Assembly: GCF_963921235.1 (NCBI RefSeq)
Contig: NC_086097.1
Coordinates: 180,298,001-180,362,000 of the forward strand
Direction of reading: 5' to 3'
Origin: Mobula hypostoma
Taxonomy: Eukaryota
Length of the DNA: 64,000 nucleotides
The position numbers and the translations under genes are program-made. Below the pieces are notes generated by a model, which was not told the DNA's origin, made no database searches, and worked only from the letters and a program-made list of their open reading frames with translations. Below, one piece after another: positions 1-13,300 of the stretch (its first letter is position 1; each line of letters opens with the position of its first letter).

Positions 1-71
1 CTTAACAGGCCGAATGGCCTAATTCTGCTCCTATGTCTTATGGTCTTTTAAACATTATACACACACACACA

Positions 72-935
72 CAGTACTGTGCAAAACTCTCGGCCACCCC
101 AGATTTTTATATAAATTTTATTTTGGATGTTTAGTTTGTTTTCTGCACGAGTATGTCAATAGAAAAGAGCTAGTTTTAGATTTCCAAGCATTCATTTTCC
201 AAACATTAAACGTTACAGAAAAATTTTTGTTTCTGGAAAGAAAGTAACAAGTAATGGACCACTTTTCAAGTAAAAACTTGATTATTTTGTAGGTTTACAG
301 CCCCGTGCATGGTTAAACAAACATAACAAACAGGTGATATAATGAATTGAATGAACTGAACTGATTAACCTAAATAGAAACAGGTGTAGAAGTAATCAAA
401 GTGAATGAAGATCAATCAAACTAAAAGGTGATGGTGTGGCAGATGTGACTGCTAACCTTCAAGACATCAATGCTCACACCATGGCAAGAGTGAGCATAGC
501 AAAAAGACACAGCTCCCAAGCAGAAATTTCACAGAAGACAGGAGCTTCAAGATGTGCTGTCCAAGACCTTCTGAAGAAGCATGAAGAAATGTGCATGGTT
601 CAGGACCAGAAATGCAGTGGTCTGCCACAGAAACTGAGTCCAGCAGATGAGAGATACATCAAACTGGCGTCCCTTCTGTATCGAAGTCCAGTACTGCTAT
701 CAGCTCTGAATTTACAGAAACCACTGGAACCTAAATACACCCCTCTACAGCCTGGAGAAGTCTTGTCAGAAGTGGTCTTCATGGAAGAATTGCTGCCGAA
801 AAGCCATTTTTTCAAAGTGGAAACAAAGCCAAGAGATTCACCTATACACAAAACACAAGGACTGGGTTGCTGGACAATGGCAACAAGTGCTCTGGACTGA
901 TGAGTCAAAGTTTGAAATTTTTTGGCTGAAACAGG
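72..935 (+). mobile_element. Truncated Tc1/mariner DNA transposon (left TIR plus degenerate transposase N-terminal half)
   Basis: Starts CAGTACTGTGCAAAA (Tc1-type TIR) after TA(CA)n. Translation gives an HTH-like SQAEISQKTGASRCAVQDLLKK...PQKLSPADERYI, then after frameshifts VLWTDESKFEIF (first Asp of the DDE triad). Homology ends near 930 and no right TIR is seen. Confidence 0.8.
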
Positions 936-1233
936 AGCCAGAAAAAGAGTTAAGAGTCACAATGACAGAGGAGTTTTTTTTTGGAAAGGAGTTGTTGCAA
1001 TCAGAAATGTGTTGCCTGAAAATGCAGTGGAATCAGATTCCAGAGGTGCTTTTAAAAGGGAACAGAAAGAATTCTTGGAGTAAACTGCAGGGCTACAGGG
1101 AAAGAATAGGGGAGTGGGACTAGTGGGATTGTTCGGAGAAGGAGCCAGTGAAAAAAGGGGCTGAGTGGCCTTGTACACTGCAAAAGTCTACAACAAACAC
1201 CAGTCATACTGAATCATTTACAGCCAGACATAC

Positions 1234-1377
1234 AGAAGTGGAGTGCTCTTTCTTTTCGTGGATCTTGGCACTACGGCGCTGTTCTGAATACGAATGCTGC
1301 TTCAGAGCATTGAAAACGCGGTTAGAGAGTTTCAAGTCCATCCCAATTCCATCGCCAACCTGGAACTCTGGAGCAAA
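1234..1377 (-). CDS. RIOK3: RIOK3 coding exon 6 (144 nt)
   Basis: tttcag|TTTGCTCCA...ACTTCT|gtatgt; FAPEFQVGDGIGMDLKLSNRVFNALKQHSYSEQRRSAKIHEKKEHSTS. Confidence 0.96.
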
Positions 1378-4300
1378 CTGAAAGGGAAAACGTTTTCGAT
1401 CATTACATGCACTCAATGTCAGTGCAATATTGCAGTCTTGCTCTATAGTTTATCAAACAGAAACATTCTTCTACAAAACTATCCCAGGATTCCAGCTGCT
1501 GAACCTTGTGTGACTAGCTTTTATATTGGTTCTTTATAGTCTACATGTCACGCTTAATGTCAATATTTTATTTACTTAGAGTCACAGTAAAGTAACAGAC
1601 CCTTGTGGTCCAACAAGCCTGCACAATCCAATGTGACGAATTGATCTACTAATCACAGAGTCTCTGGAACGTGGGAGGAAACCCATGTGGTCATGGGGAG
1701 AACGTATAAACTACTGAAAGTCAGTGTCTGGAATTGAACCTCAATCGCTGCCATGTTCCCCCAGTTTATCTCTTGGTTATCACACGCGCCATAAGAAATG
1801 TGCAAATCAATGATTACATCAACCAAGACCTTATCCTTCCCCACCCAAATGTCATATTCATCAGACATAAAACTTCAGCAAAAGAATGTACATGCTTACA
1901 TTTTCCATTCGAGCTGTATTCCTCCTGCCACAAGTCACCTCGTCGTGTTTGGTGGTAATCTCTTTCCCCTTTCCTGCAAATCCTCGCCTCGGATTTGTTG
2001 AAGGTTTATCTACCAATGTAAGAAAAATGTTTGAGGAGTTCTGTCTCATAATCACTTTACGTAAAACTTTTACAGCACAGTCTAGAGTTAGGTATGGCCC
2101 TTGTGACTATAGGGATCAGGGGGTATGGAGGGAAGGCTGGTGCAGGGTTCTGAGTTGGATGATCAGCCATGATCATACTGAATGGCGGTGCAGGCTCGAA
2201 GGGCTGAATGGCCTACTCTTGCACCTATTTTCTATGTTTCTATGTTTACTGCTCCTGGTCTACATCAATGGTATTCTGGTTCAGAGGATTGAGGGCTCCA
2301 ACTTTCTAGGTGTGAACATCACCAATATCCAGTCCAGGGCCAATCACACTGATGTCACAGTCAAGACAGCTTATCAACCCCTTATCAATACTTACTCAGG
2401 ATGCTAAAGAACTTCAGCATGTCCCTGTTGACTCTCAACAATCTTTTACCAATGCAACATAGAAAGCATTCTGTCTGGAATGCTAATAGCTTGGTAAGAC
2501 ATCTGCTCTGCCTGAGACCACAAGAAAATGCAGAGAGTTGTGGACATGGCTAAGCACATCAGAGGAACCAGCCTCCCCTCTACAGACTCAGCTAGCATAA
2601 TCAAAGATCCCACCCACTCTGGACATCTTTCTTTCCTTCACACTAGGCATGTACAAGAAGTTCGAAAGCACATATCAGCAGGCTCGAGGACAGCTTCTAT
2701 CTTATTTTTATCAGACTCTTGTACAATAAAATGGACTCTTAGCCTCACAATCATTATGATCTTGCACTTTATCATTTACCTGCACTGCACTTTTCGGTCA
2801 ACTTTTACACTTTATTCTGAATTGTTATTGTTAACCTTATTCCAGCTCAATATACTGTTTAATGATCTGAACTGTAGCTTTCCAGTGTATCTTGGTACGT
2901 GCGACAACAATAAACCAATACCAAACAAACTCTTCAGCCCACTGGTCCATATTGACCAAGATACCTCCCGTACTTCTAAACCTTCTTTATCCATGTACTT
3001 GGTCCAACTATTTTTTAGATGCTGTTAATACATCTGATTCAATCACTTCTTCTGGCGGTTCATTCCATATGGTGACCACCCCTCTGGGCAAATGTTACCC
3101 CTCAGATTCCTATTAAAACTTTCCTGCTCATCATAAACCTGTGCCTTTTAATTCTCAGTTCCCCAACCATGGGGAAGAAAAACAGTACGTATTCACTCTA
3201 TCTTTGTCCCGCTAATGATTTTATACATTTCTATAACATTATTTCTCAGTTCCCTATACTGTGGGGAAAAAAAACTGTGTACATCCCTGCAACCTCTCCA
3301 ACACAATCATATGTTTCTGGATATACGGAGACTAGAACTGCACACATATAGATGAATGTCCGGTGGAGGCCGTTCTGACTGGTTGTACCACTGCTTGGTA
3401 TGGATGTTCCAATGCACAGGATCCAAGAGGCAGACACAGCCATTACCATCATAAGCACAATAGTTCAATTTAGTATCAGAGAATGTATACGATATACAAC
3501 CTGAAATTCTTGTTCTTCGCAGACATCCACAAAAACAGAAGAGTATCCCAAAGTATGAGTGACAGTAAAAAAGTTAGAACCCCAAAGCCCCCATGCTTCA
3601 TTCCTCCCACACACAAGCAGCAAAACGTCAACCCTCCACCTCCCCCACTTACTTCAGAAAAAAGCATCAGCACCCTCCACCCATCAAGCAAACAATAGCA
3701 AAGCCCCCACGACCATGATCAACAAAACTAATCGTGCACCCGACATACACAGGCTCTCTCTTTCCCTAAAAGGGGCAGAGGTGTCAGACAATGAAGGCAG
3801 ACGAAAATGACAAAAAAAAATCACTTGCTGATTTACAATATTAAAGTCTGCCGTATCGCTTTCTCTCCCCCCACCCCACCCCCGAGAATCATCAATGATA
3901 TCTCTCTCTCTCTCTACCTCTCCTAAATTTCTGAGGACACACCCCACAAGGATCCTCTAACGCATTGCCCTCCCTGTTGCCATTTCTGCATTGTGGAACC
4001 CCAAAGGTAACATCCATCCTGTTATACAAAGACCCTTCAACCGATTCACTTTCCTTCCTGCCACGGACTCAATTGAGGCATCAACTTACCACTCTCCCTG
4101 GGCTTTAATATCAAATCATCTCATACCTACAGAGTACAAAAAGTTACAGCAGCTTTGTACACTTTGTCAGGTGCAGAACTGGACATTACCGAGTTTATAA
4201 GGATCGTGCCTTGTATCTTGCCAATCAACTTCATCTTCTGAGCTTTCACTATCTTCAAATGGATGCACCATTCGGTAATTCTCAAAGGAAATAGAAACTG

Positions 4301-7300
4301 AGTGGAAGCAGAAGACAAGAAAGTCAAGTTACTTGTAATTGATCTTACAAATCCAGACAGGAACAAAGGGTTAATGCACTTCAGAACAAACTTCTCTTAG
4401 TGGCTGTTGTTAATTTTAAGCAGAATACCAATTTACTGGAGAATTAATCTTATATTTATCCTCCTTGCCCTCTGTTAGTCAGTAGGCAGCTCCTGCTCCT
4501 CCTCTTCCCTCCATATTTTATACCGGCTACCTCACCTCTATCTTTTAGTCCAGATGAAATATGTCAACACAAAACTTTGACTGCTCATTTCCCTCCATAA
4601 ATGCTGCCTGACCCACTAAGATCCTCCAGTATTTTGTGTTGTTCCAGACTTTAGCATCTGCAGTCCTATATCTTCCAACTTTCATTTAACTTTATATAAC
4701 ATCGGAAGGTCATATTTTATTATTATTTTATTCAGCACAGTAACAGGCCCTTCCGGCCCAATGATCCTATGCCGCCCCATTACACCCACGTGACAAATTC
4801 ACTGTGCCACATACCTCCATGGCCTTGCACTTTATTTGTCGATAAGTATTTTCCCTGTAATTGCAACACTATATTTTGCATCCTGTTTTGCCTTCCCTTT
4901 GTACTACCCTGACGTACTTGCGTACGGAACGATTTATGTGCTCAAACTGCAAACAAGTCTCAGTACATGTGACAATAGTAAAGCAATTAACAATTAAAGA
5001 AACCTTGGTGAAAAACATAGGTTTTAGCAGTGGTCTTAAAGATGACAGAAGGGGCAGTGAAGATTCGGAAGTGAATTTCAGAGTTTGGGATCCAGCAGCC
5101 CAAAACCAAGATGAATCAGTTAGGAATATACCAGCAAGTGTCAGTTCTGTGACTTTTAAAGTGGACTCCAGTACCCAGTAAGGACATGAAAGTCATAATG
5201 TACAGTTGAGGCAGCTGTACTTACAGAAAGTGGCTCCTGTGGAGCAAAACAATGAATATGCCAACCAATGGTGATGTGCTCCAAGCTCAGCCATTCAAAA
5301 GGGGTTAAGCTGCCATGATCAAGGGCTGTACACGCAACACACAAGGTGACAACAGAACGCATGCTGGGACGCTTACCTTTGCTGTCGCCATTCAACTTAT
5401 TTTCTTCTCGGCGAAGCTGTGCGTCATATTCCCGGTCAAATTCCATCTGCAGCATCTGTGCCAAGAGGAAGTCACTGGAGGTCTCCGTGCCCTCTCCAAT
5501 AAGAGCTGCTGTGTCAATGCTACACACACAACAAAACTGAGTGACTTTCCTCCCACTAAAGTTGACAACCTGCTACATACATTTAATTAGAAGATAGAAC
5601 AATACAACGCAGGAACAGGCCCTTTGGCCTGCCTAGCCAATGCTGAATTAAACTAATTCTTTCTGCTTGCACATAATCCCCATCCCTCCATTCCCCACAT
5701 GTTCCTGTGACTGTCTAAAAGCCTTTTAAACATCAGCTTGTTCTAGGCTCCCTCCACTATCCTGCTCCGCCCACTTCCTTTAAACTGAACCCCTCCCCCC
5801 CCGCTTTAAATGTATGCCCTCTAGTTACGGAGAAGCAATCTATAGATGTACGATGAAGAGCATTCTGACTGGTAGGAAGCCTCCAATCGACAGGATCGCA
5901 AGAGGCTGCATAGGGTTGTAGACTCAGGCAGGTCCATCACAGACAACTGCAGTCGAGGGCATCATCACAATGTGATGCCTTAAGAAGGCAGCATCCGTCA
6001 ATAAAGACCCTCATCATCTAGGCCATGTCCTCTTCTCATTAATGACATAAAGAGAAGGTACAGGAGGATGAAAATTGTGAATGGTTCATGACCACAACTT
6101 CATTGCTCCTGTTTTTTTTGCTACCATTTATTTTGTAATTTATAGTAATTTGTATGTCTTGCCTTACACTGCAGCCACAAAATAACACATTCCAAGTCAT
6201 ATAAGACAGTGATAATTAACCTGATTCTGTCTACCCTGTCTATGCCTCTCAATTTTACAAACCTCCATTGAATCAGCCTCCGATTCGCCAAAGAAAACCC
6301 AAGTTTGATCAAGGTCCCTTTATAGCCAATACTCTATAACCTAGACTGCACCCTCTCCAAACCTCTACATCCATCCTGTAATGGGACAACAAGTACTGAA
6401 TGTAATAGTTCAAGTGTGCCTAACTAAAGGTTTATATTTCCAGACCTTTATGCTCACTGCCAATTGTGGGATCTTTAATGAATAATAACATCTCAAATAT
6501 TTCAGTGTCGGCAGAGTCAATAATGGAATTAGATCGGGTGAATACAGAGGTTTCAAACAGGATTCTGAAGAGATGGAGAAGTGAGGAGATTCAAGAAGGT
6601 AATTCCGGAGGTTATGACAAAAACAAGTGGGAATAAACAGACCTCTCTCAGGTGTACCTACTGAGATACCACAGAGATCAGAGCTTGGACCAGCTGTTGA
6701 CAGTCTACAGCAATGATTTGGCTGAAGCGACCAAATGGCATCTTTTCTCGTTTGTTGACAACACTAGACTAGACGGGCAAGTGCAAAGTGAGGAGGATGC
6801 AGAGAGGCTTCGAGGTGGGGCGAGTACAAACTATGGGAGATATAAATATGGGAAATCAATATGATGTAGAAAAATAAGGCATCCATTTCAGTGCATGGAA
6901 CAGAAAAGCAGAATAAAGTTTACAGGTGGCATATTGGGAAGTGTAAACATTCAAAGAGACATTTACTTAGACACAATTCATTGGAAGTTGCAGTTACAAA
7001 GGCAAATAGTACAATCGTCTTTATCATAAAAAGCTTTGAGAACACGATAAAGATAATGTACTGAAAACCACATTGGAGTAACCTGAATAATTTTGGTTTG
7101 TTTACCAAAGGGATAGACTTGCCCATTGGGGGAGAGTAAAGAACTAGTTCCTAGGTTTGCAGCTTGCAGGATAAGGAGGGTTAGTGTACACTAGGCTTGT
7201 GTGGAAAAGAGAATCTCTCATTGACACTATCACCATTTGAATGAAGGGGGGAATGGTTGCCCTGGCAGAGGAACCTTAAACTTCTTCACCCTGATCATGG

Positions 7301-10300
7301 TAAATCTTTGGGATACTCTCTCCAAAAGGCTGTAGAGATTCACTCACTGAGGTCAGTCGAGCAGAGATTGATGGATTTCTGAACATGGAGAAATAAGGAA
7401 TACGTGGAAGACGTAGGGGAGAAGAATCAGCCATGATCTCAATGAATGGTATAGTTGGTTCAAAGGAACAAATAGACTACACCTTCCCTAATTCGTCTCA
7501 CAGAAATCCCAGGATTAACCTCTCAACCACACAGCATCAGTGAGAATGACAACGGTCTTTGATTATTGATCTTGTCATCGGGATCAATTGTTCAAAGCCT
7601 GGCCATCACCTCCCAGCCAATTGTTTGAATTTAAAGTTGCTGCTCTCCTTGAAATTAAATGCACTAAATAATTGATCGTTTCCCATGAGCAACTTGTAGA
7701 ACATCCCGTCACTCAGATTCAGATTTATTTATCACATGTATATCAAACATACACTGTAATGCATCACTTGCATTAGCCACCTACACACCCAAGGATGTCC
7801 TGGCCGCAGCCCACAAATGTCACCATGCATTCCAGCACCAAGATGGCATGCTAATGATAGAAACATAGAAAATAGGTGCAGGAGTAGGCCATTTGGCCCT
7901 TCGAGCCTGCACCGCCATTCAGTATGATCATGGTTGATCATCCAACTCAGAACCCTGTACCACCCTTCCCTTCATACCCCCTGATCCCTTTAGCCACAAG
8001 GGCCATATCTAACTCCCTCTTAAATATAGCCAGTGAACTGGCCTCAACTGTTTCCTGTGGCAGAGAATTCCACAGATTCACCACTCTCTGTGTGAAGAAG
8101 TTTTTCCTAATCTCGGTCCTAAAAGGCTTCTCCTTTATCCTTAAACTGTAACCCCTCATTCTGGACTTCCCTAACATCGGGAACAATCTTCTTGCATCTA
8201 GTCTGTCCAATCCCTTTAGGATTTTATACGTTTCAATAAGATCCCCTCTCAATCTTCTAAATTCCAACGAGTATAAGCCTAGTCGATCCAGTCTTTCATC
8301 ATATGAAAGTCCTGCCATCCCAGGAATCAATCTGGTGAATCTTCTTTGTACTCCCTGTATGGCAAGGATGCCTTCCTCAGATTAGGGGACCAAAACTGCA
8401 CACAATACTCCAGGTGTGGTCTCACCAAGGCCTTGTACAACTGCAGTAGAACCTCCCTGTTCCTGTACTCGAACCCTCTTGCTGTGAATGCCAGCATACC
8501 ATTCACCTTTTTCACCGCCTGCTGTACCTGCATGCCCACTTTCAATGACTGGTGTTCAGCACTCACCCAATGACATGAGGAAAAGCTGCATTCTGTTCCT
8601 GTTGCTGTAGTTCTTTAGCAAGCTCCTCACTCATTACATCAGAAAGGGAGCAGGGTGTAATAGTGGTAGGTGGTGCTCCCCATGGACACTGCAGAGACAA
8701 ATTCAAAGTATGAAAATAGTTACCTTAGAAACCAAGTTCTAAACAGAGCTGAAACAACTGGATTAATGCAAGCTCCTCCTTTCTGAGCTGTGCAAGAGGA
8801 AAACTGGTTATGTGATCACTTTCGTAACATGCCTCTGATTATTTTAAAGGGCTTCCCGCAACACAAATATTATTTTGATTACTTACATGCCAAATGATCC
8901 CAGGAATGAAAGGGTTAATGTAGGAGCAGAATTTGATGGCTCTAGGTCTATTCCGACTGGAGCTTAGAAGAATGAGGACAGATCTCATTGAAACCTACTG
9001 TATACTGAAAGGCTTAGGCAGAGAGGATGTTTCCAACAGAGAGTTATTCTAAAATCAGAGGGCACAGAGTCCCCTTTAGAACAGAGATGAGGAGGAATTT
9101 CTTTAGCCAGAGAGTGGTGAATGTGTGGAATTCATTACCACAGATGGCTGTGGAGGCCAAGTCATTGTGTCAAATAGTAGGGGACTGAGGGTCTAGTGAG
9201 ATGGAGGAACTGAGGGAAATACATGTTAGTAGGGAAGTGGTGTTAGGTAAATTGAAGGGATTAAAGGCAGATAAATCCCCAGGGCCAGATGGTCTGCATC
9301 CTAGAGTGCTTAAGGAAATAGCCCAAGAAATAGTGGATGCATTAGTGATAATTTTTCAAAACTCTTTAGATTCTGGACGAGTTCCTGAGGATTGGAGGGT
9401 GACTAATGTAACCCCACTTTTTAAAAAAGGAGGGAAAGAAACTGGGGAATTATAGACCGGTTAGCCTAACTTCAGTGGTGGGGAAACTGCTAGAGTCAGT
9501 TATCAAAGATGTGATAACAGCACATTTGGAAAGCGGTGAAATCATCGGACAAAGTCAGCATGGATTTGTGAAAGGAAAATCATGTCTGACGAATCTCATA
9601 GAATTTTTTGAGGATGTAACTAGTAGAGTGGATAGGGGAGAACCAGTGGATGTGGTATATTTGGATTTTCAAAAGGCTTTTGACAAGATCCCACACAGGA
9701 GATTAGTGTGCAAACTTAAAGCACACGGTATTGGGGATAAGGTATTGATGTGGATAGAGAATTGGTTGGCAGACAGGAAGCAAAGAGTGGGAATAAACGG
9801 GACCTTTTGAGAATGGCAGGCAGTGACTAGTGGGGTGCCGCAAGGCTCAGTGCTGGGACCCCAGTTGTTTACAATATATATTAATGACTTGGATGAGGGA
9901 ATTAAATGCAGCATCTCCAAGTCTGTGGAGGACATGAAGCTGGGCGGCAGTGTTAGCTGTGAGGAGGATGCTAAGAGGATGCAGGGTGACTTGGATAGGT
10001 TAGGTGAGTGGGCAAATTCATGGCAGATGCAATTTAATGTGGATAAATGTGAGGTTATCCACTTTGGTGGCAAAAACAGGAAAACAGATTATTATCTGAA
10101 TGGTGGCCGATTAGGAAAAGGGGAGGTGCAACGAGACCTGGGTGTCATTATACACCAGTTATTGAAAGTGGGCATGCAGGTACAGCAGGCGGTGAAAAGG
10201 GCGAATGGTATGCTGGCATTTATAGCAAGAGGATTCGAGTACAGGAGCAGGGAGGTTCTACTGCAGTTGTACAAGGCCTTGGTGAGACCACACCTGGAGT

Positions 10301-13300
10301 ATTGTGTGCAGTTTTGGTCCCCTAATCTGAGGAAAGACATCCTTGCCATACAGGGAGTACAAAGAAGGTTCACCAGATTGATTCCTGGGATGGCAGGACT
10401 TTCATATGATGAAAGACTGGATGAACTAGGCTTATACTCCTTGGAATTTAGAAGATTGAGGGGGGAATCTTATTGAAACGTATAAAATCCTAAAGGGATT
10501 GGACAGGCTAGATGCAGGAAGATTGTTCCCGATGTTGGGGAAGTCCAGAACGAAGGGTCACAGTTTGAGGATAAAGGGGAAGCCTTTTAGGATCGAGATT
10601 AGGAAAAACTTCTTCACACAGAGAGTGGTGAATCTGTGGAATTCTCTGCCACAGGAAACAGTTGAGGCCAGTTCATTGGTTATACTTAAGAGGGAGTTAG
10701 ATATGGCCCTTGTGGCTAAAGGGATCGGGGGTATGGAGGGAAGTGTTGTACAGGGTTCTGAGTTGGATGATCAACCATGATCATACTGAATGGCGGTGCA
10801 GGCTCAAAGGGCCGAATGGCCTACTCCTGCACCTATTTTCTATGTTTCTATGTCATATTTAAAGCAGAGGTTGACAGATTCTTGATTAGTAATGGTGTCA
10901 AAGGTTACAGGGAGAAGGCAGAAGAATGGGGATTGAGAGGGAAAATAAATTATCCATGATTGAATGATGGAGCAGACTTGATGGGCCAAATGGACTAATT
11001 CTGCTCCTATGGCTCATGGTCAAGATTCTTCATCTGGACTGTTGAAGAGTTTCACTGTCCATTACCCTCCAGAGATTCTGCCTGTCTCGCTGAGTTCCTC
11101 CAGCATCTTGTTTGTTGCTGGAAGCCAGCATGACCTGATAGAATGACATGTCTCCTTTTGACATAATGAGTCAGTATGTCAGGTATACACAAGAATGTTT
11201 CTGTAGAGCAGTGCAGTCACCAGCACCCCTTTATCAAAATTACAACAAGAATTAGGTACCAGACCACAAGGTCCTGGGCAAAAGCTGGAAATTCTAAATA
11301 ACTGAATAGTTTGACCAAATAGTTATCTTGTGTTACTATTGATTTAATGTCCATTGAGGCAACGATAAAAATTAACACCAATGTATCTGTAAGTGACCCA
11401 TACCCGGTGAACATTGTGACATCTTTGCACGACCCACCAACAGCCTGATTTTACCACATACTTACCGAGCAGAACCAGAGGGAATAAGTGGCAAACCAGA
11501 CTGCAACACAATTTGACATCCTCGAATCTACTGGATCCCCAGCAGGGGAGGGGGATTTATACGATGAGAAACTGTGGGCAAGACCTTAATAATATTGAGG
11601 TAATTTGGATAGGATGTTCACAAAAAGTAAAATTTAATAAAAGTATGCGGTGAGACAGCTGTGTTGGCCACAGTAAACTCTGGGACTGCCCCAGCTATTT
11701 CAAATAAGTGCCCCCAGTTACAGGATGGACCAGATTTTATCGAATAAGTTAGCAGAGGCTTTCATTCCAAAATATGAGAGCTAGTAGAGTCAGAAATGCC
11801 ACCGCACCCACACTGACATGGTAGCAGAGTGGACAGTGTAACACATTACAGAGCCAACAATCTGGGTTCAATTCTGACAATATCTGCAAGGAGTTTGTAC
11901 ATTCTCCCATGACCATGCAGGAACAGGCAGAAGACCCCTGTCACAAAGTCAACAATATTAGGCCCAACGGCAAAAGGCATTTCTGCCTTACATCATTCTG
12001 CAACCACTTGGCACAAAAGTATAGAAACATAGAAAATAGGTGCAGGAGTAGGCCATTCGGCCCTTTGAGCCTGCACCGCCATTTATTATGATCATGGCTG
12101 ATCATCCAACTCAGAACCCCGCCCCAGCCTTCCCTCCATACCCCCTGACCCCTGTAGCCACAAGGGCCATATCTAACTCCCTCTTAAACATAGCCAATGA
12201 ACTGGCCTCAACAGTTTGCTGTGGCAGAGAATTCCACAGATTCACCACTCTCTGTGTGAAGAAGTTTTTCCTAATCTCGGTCCTAAAAGGCTTCCCCTCT
12301 ATCCTCAAACTGTGACCCCTCGTTCTGGACTTCCCCAACATCGGGAACAATCTTCCTGCATCTAGCCTGTCCAATCCCTTTAGGATCTTATACGTTTCAA
12401 TCAGATCCCCCCTCAATCTTCTAAATTCCAACGAGTACAAGCCCAGTTCATCCAGTCTTTCTTCATATGAAAGTCCTGCCATCCCAGGAATCAATCTGGT
12501 GAACCTTCTTTGTACTCCCTCTGTGGCAAAGATGTCTTTCCTCAGATTAGGGGACCAAAACTGCACACAATACTCCAGGTGTGGTCTCACCAAGGCCTTG
12601 TACAACTACAGTAGTACCTCCCTGCTCCTGTACTCGAATCCTCTCGCTATAAATGCCAGCATACCATTCGCCTTTTTCACCGCCTGCTGTACCTACATGC
12701 CCACTTTCAATGACTGGTGTATAATGACGCCCAGGTCTCGTTGCACCTCCCCTTTTCCTAATCGGCCACCATTCAGATAATAATCTGTTTTCCTATTTTT
12801 GCCACCAAAGTGGATAACTTCACATTTATCCACATTAAATTGCATCTGCCATGAGTTTGCCCACTCACCCAACCTATCCAAGTCACCCTGCATCCTCTCA
12901 GCATCCTCCTCACTGCTAACACTGCCACCCAGCTTCGTGTCATCCGCAAACTTGGAGATGCTGCATTTAATTCCCTCATCCAAGTCATTAATATATATTG
13001 TAAACAACTGGGGTCCCAGCACTGAGCCTTGCGGTACCCCACTAGTCACCGCCTGCCATTCTGAAAAGGTCCCGTTTATTCCCACTCTTTGCTTCCTGTC
13101 TGCTAACCAGTTCTCCACCCACACCAATACCTTACCCCCAAAACCGTGTGCTTTAAGTTTGCACACTAATCTCCTGTGTGGGACCTTGTCAAAAGCCTTT
13201 TGAAAATCCAAATATACCACATCCACTGGTTCTCCCCTATCCACTCTACTAGTTACATCCTCAAAAAATTCTATGAGATTCGTCAGACATGATTTTCCTT

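Noticed and set aside
9669..13203. Duplicated ORFs such as MPPKWITSHLSTLNC and MNLLCTP
   Set aside because: They are antisense frames of CR1 RT copies, not genes.
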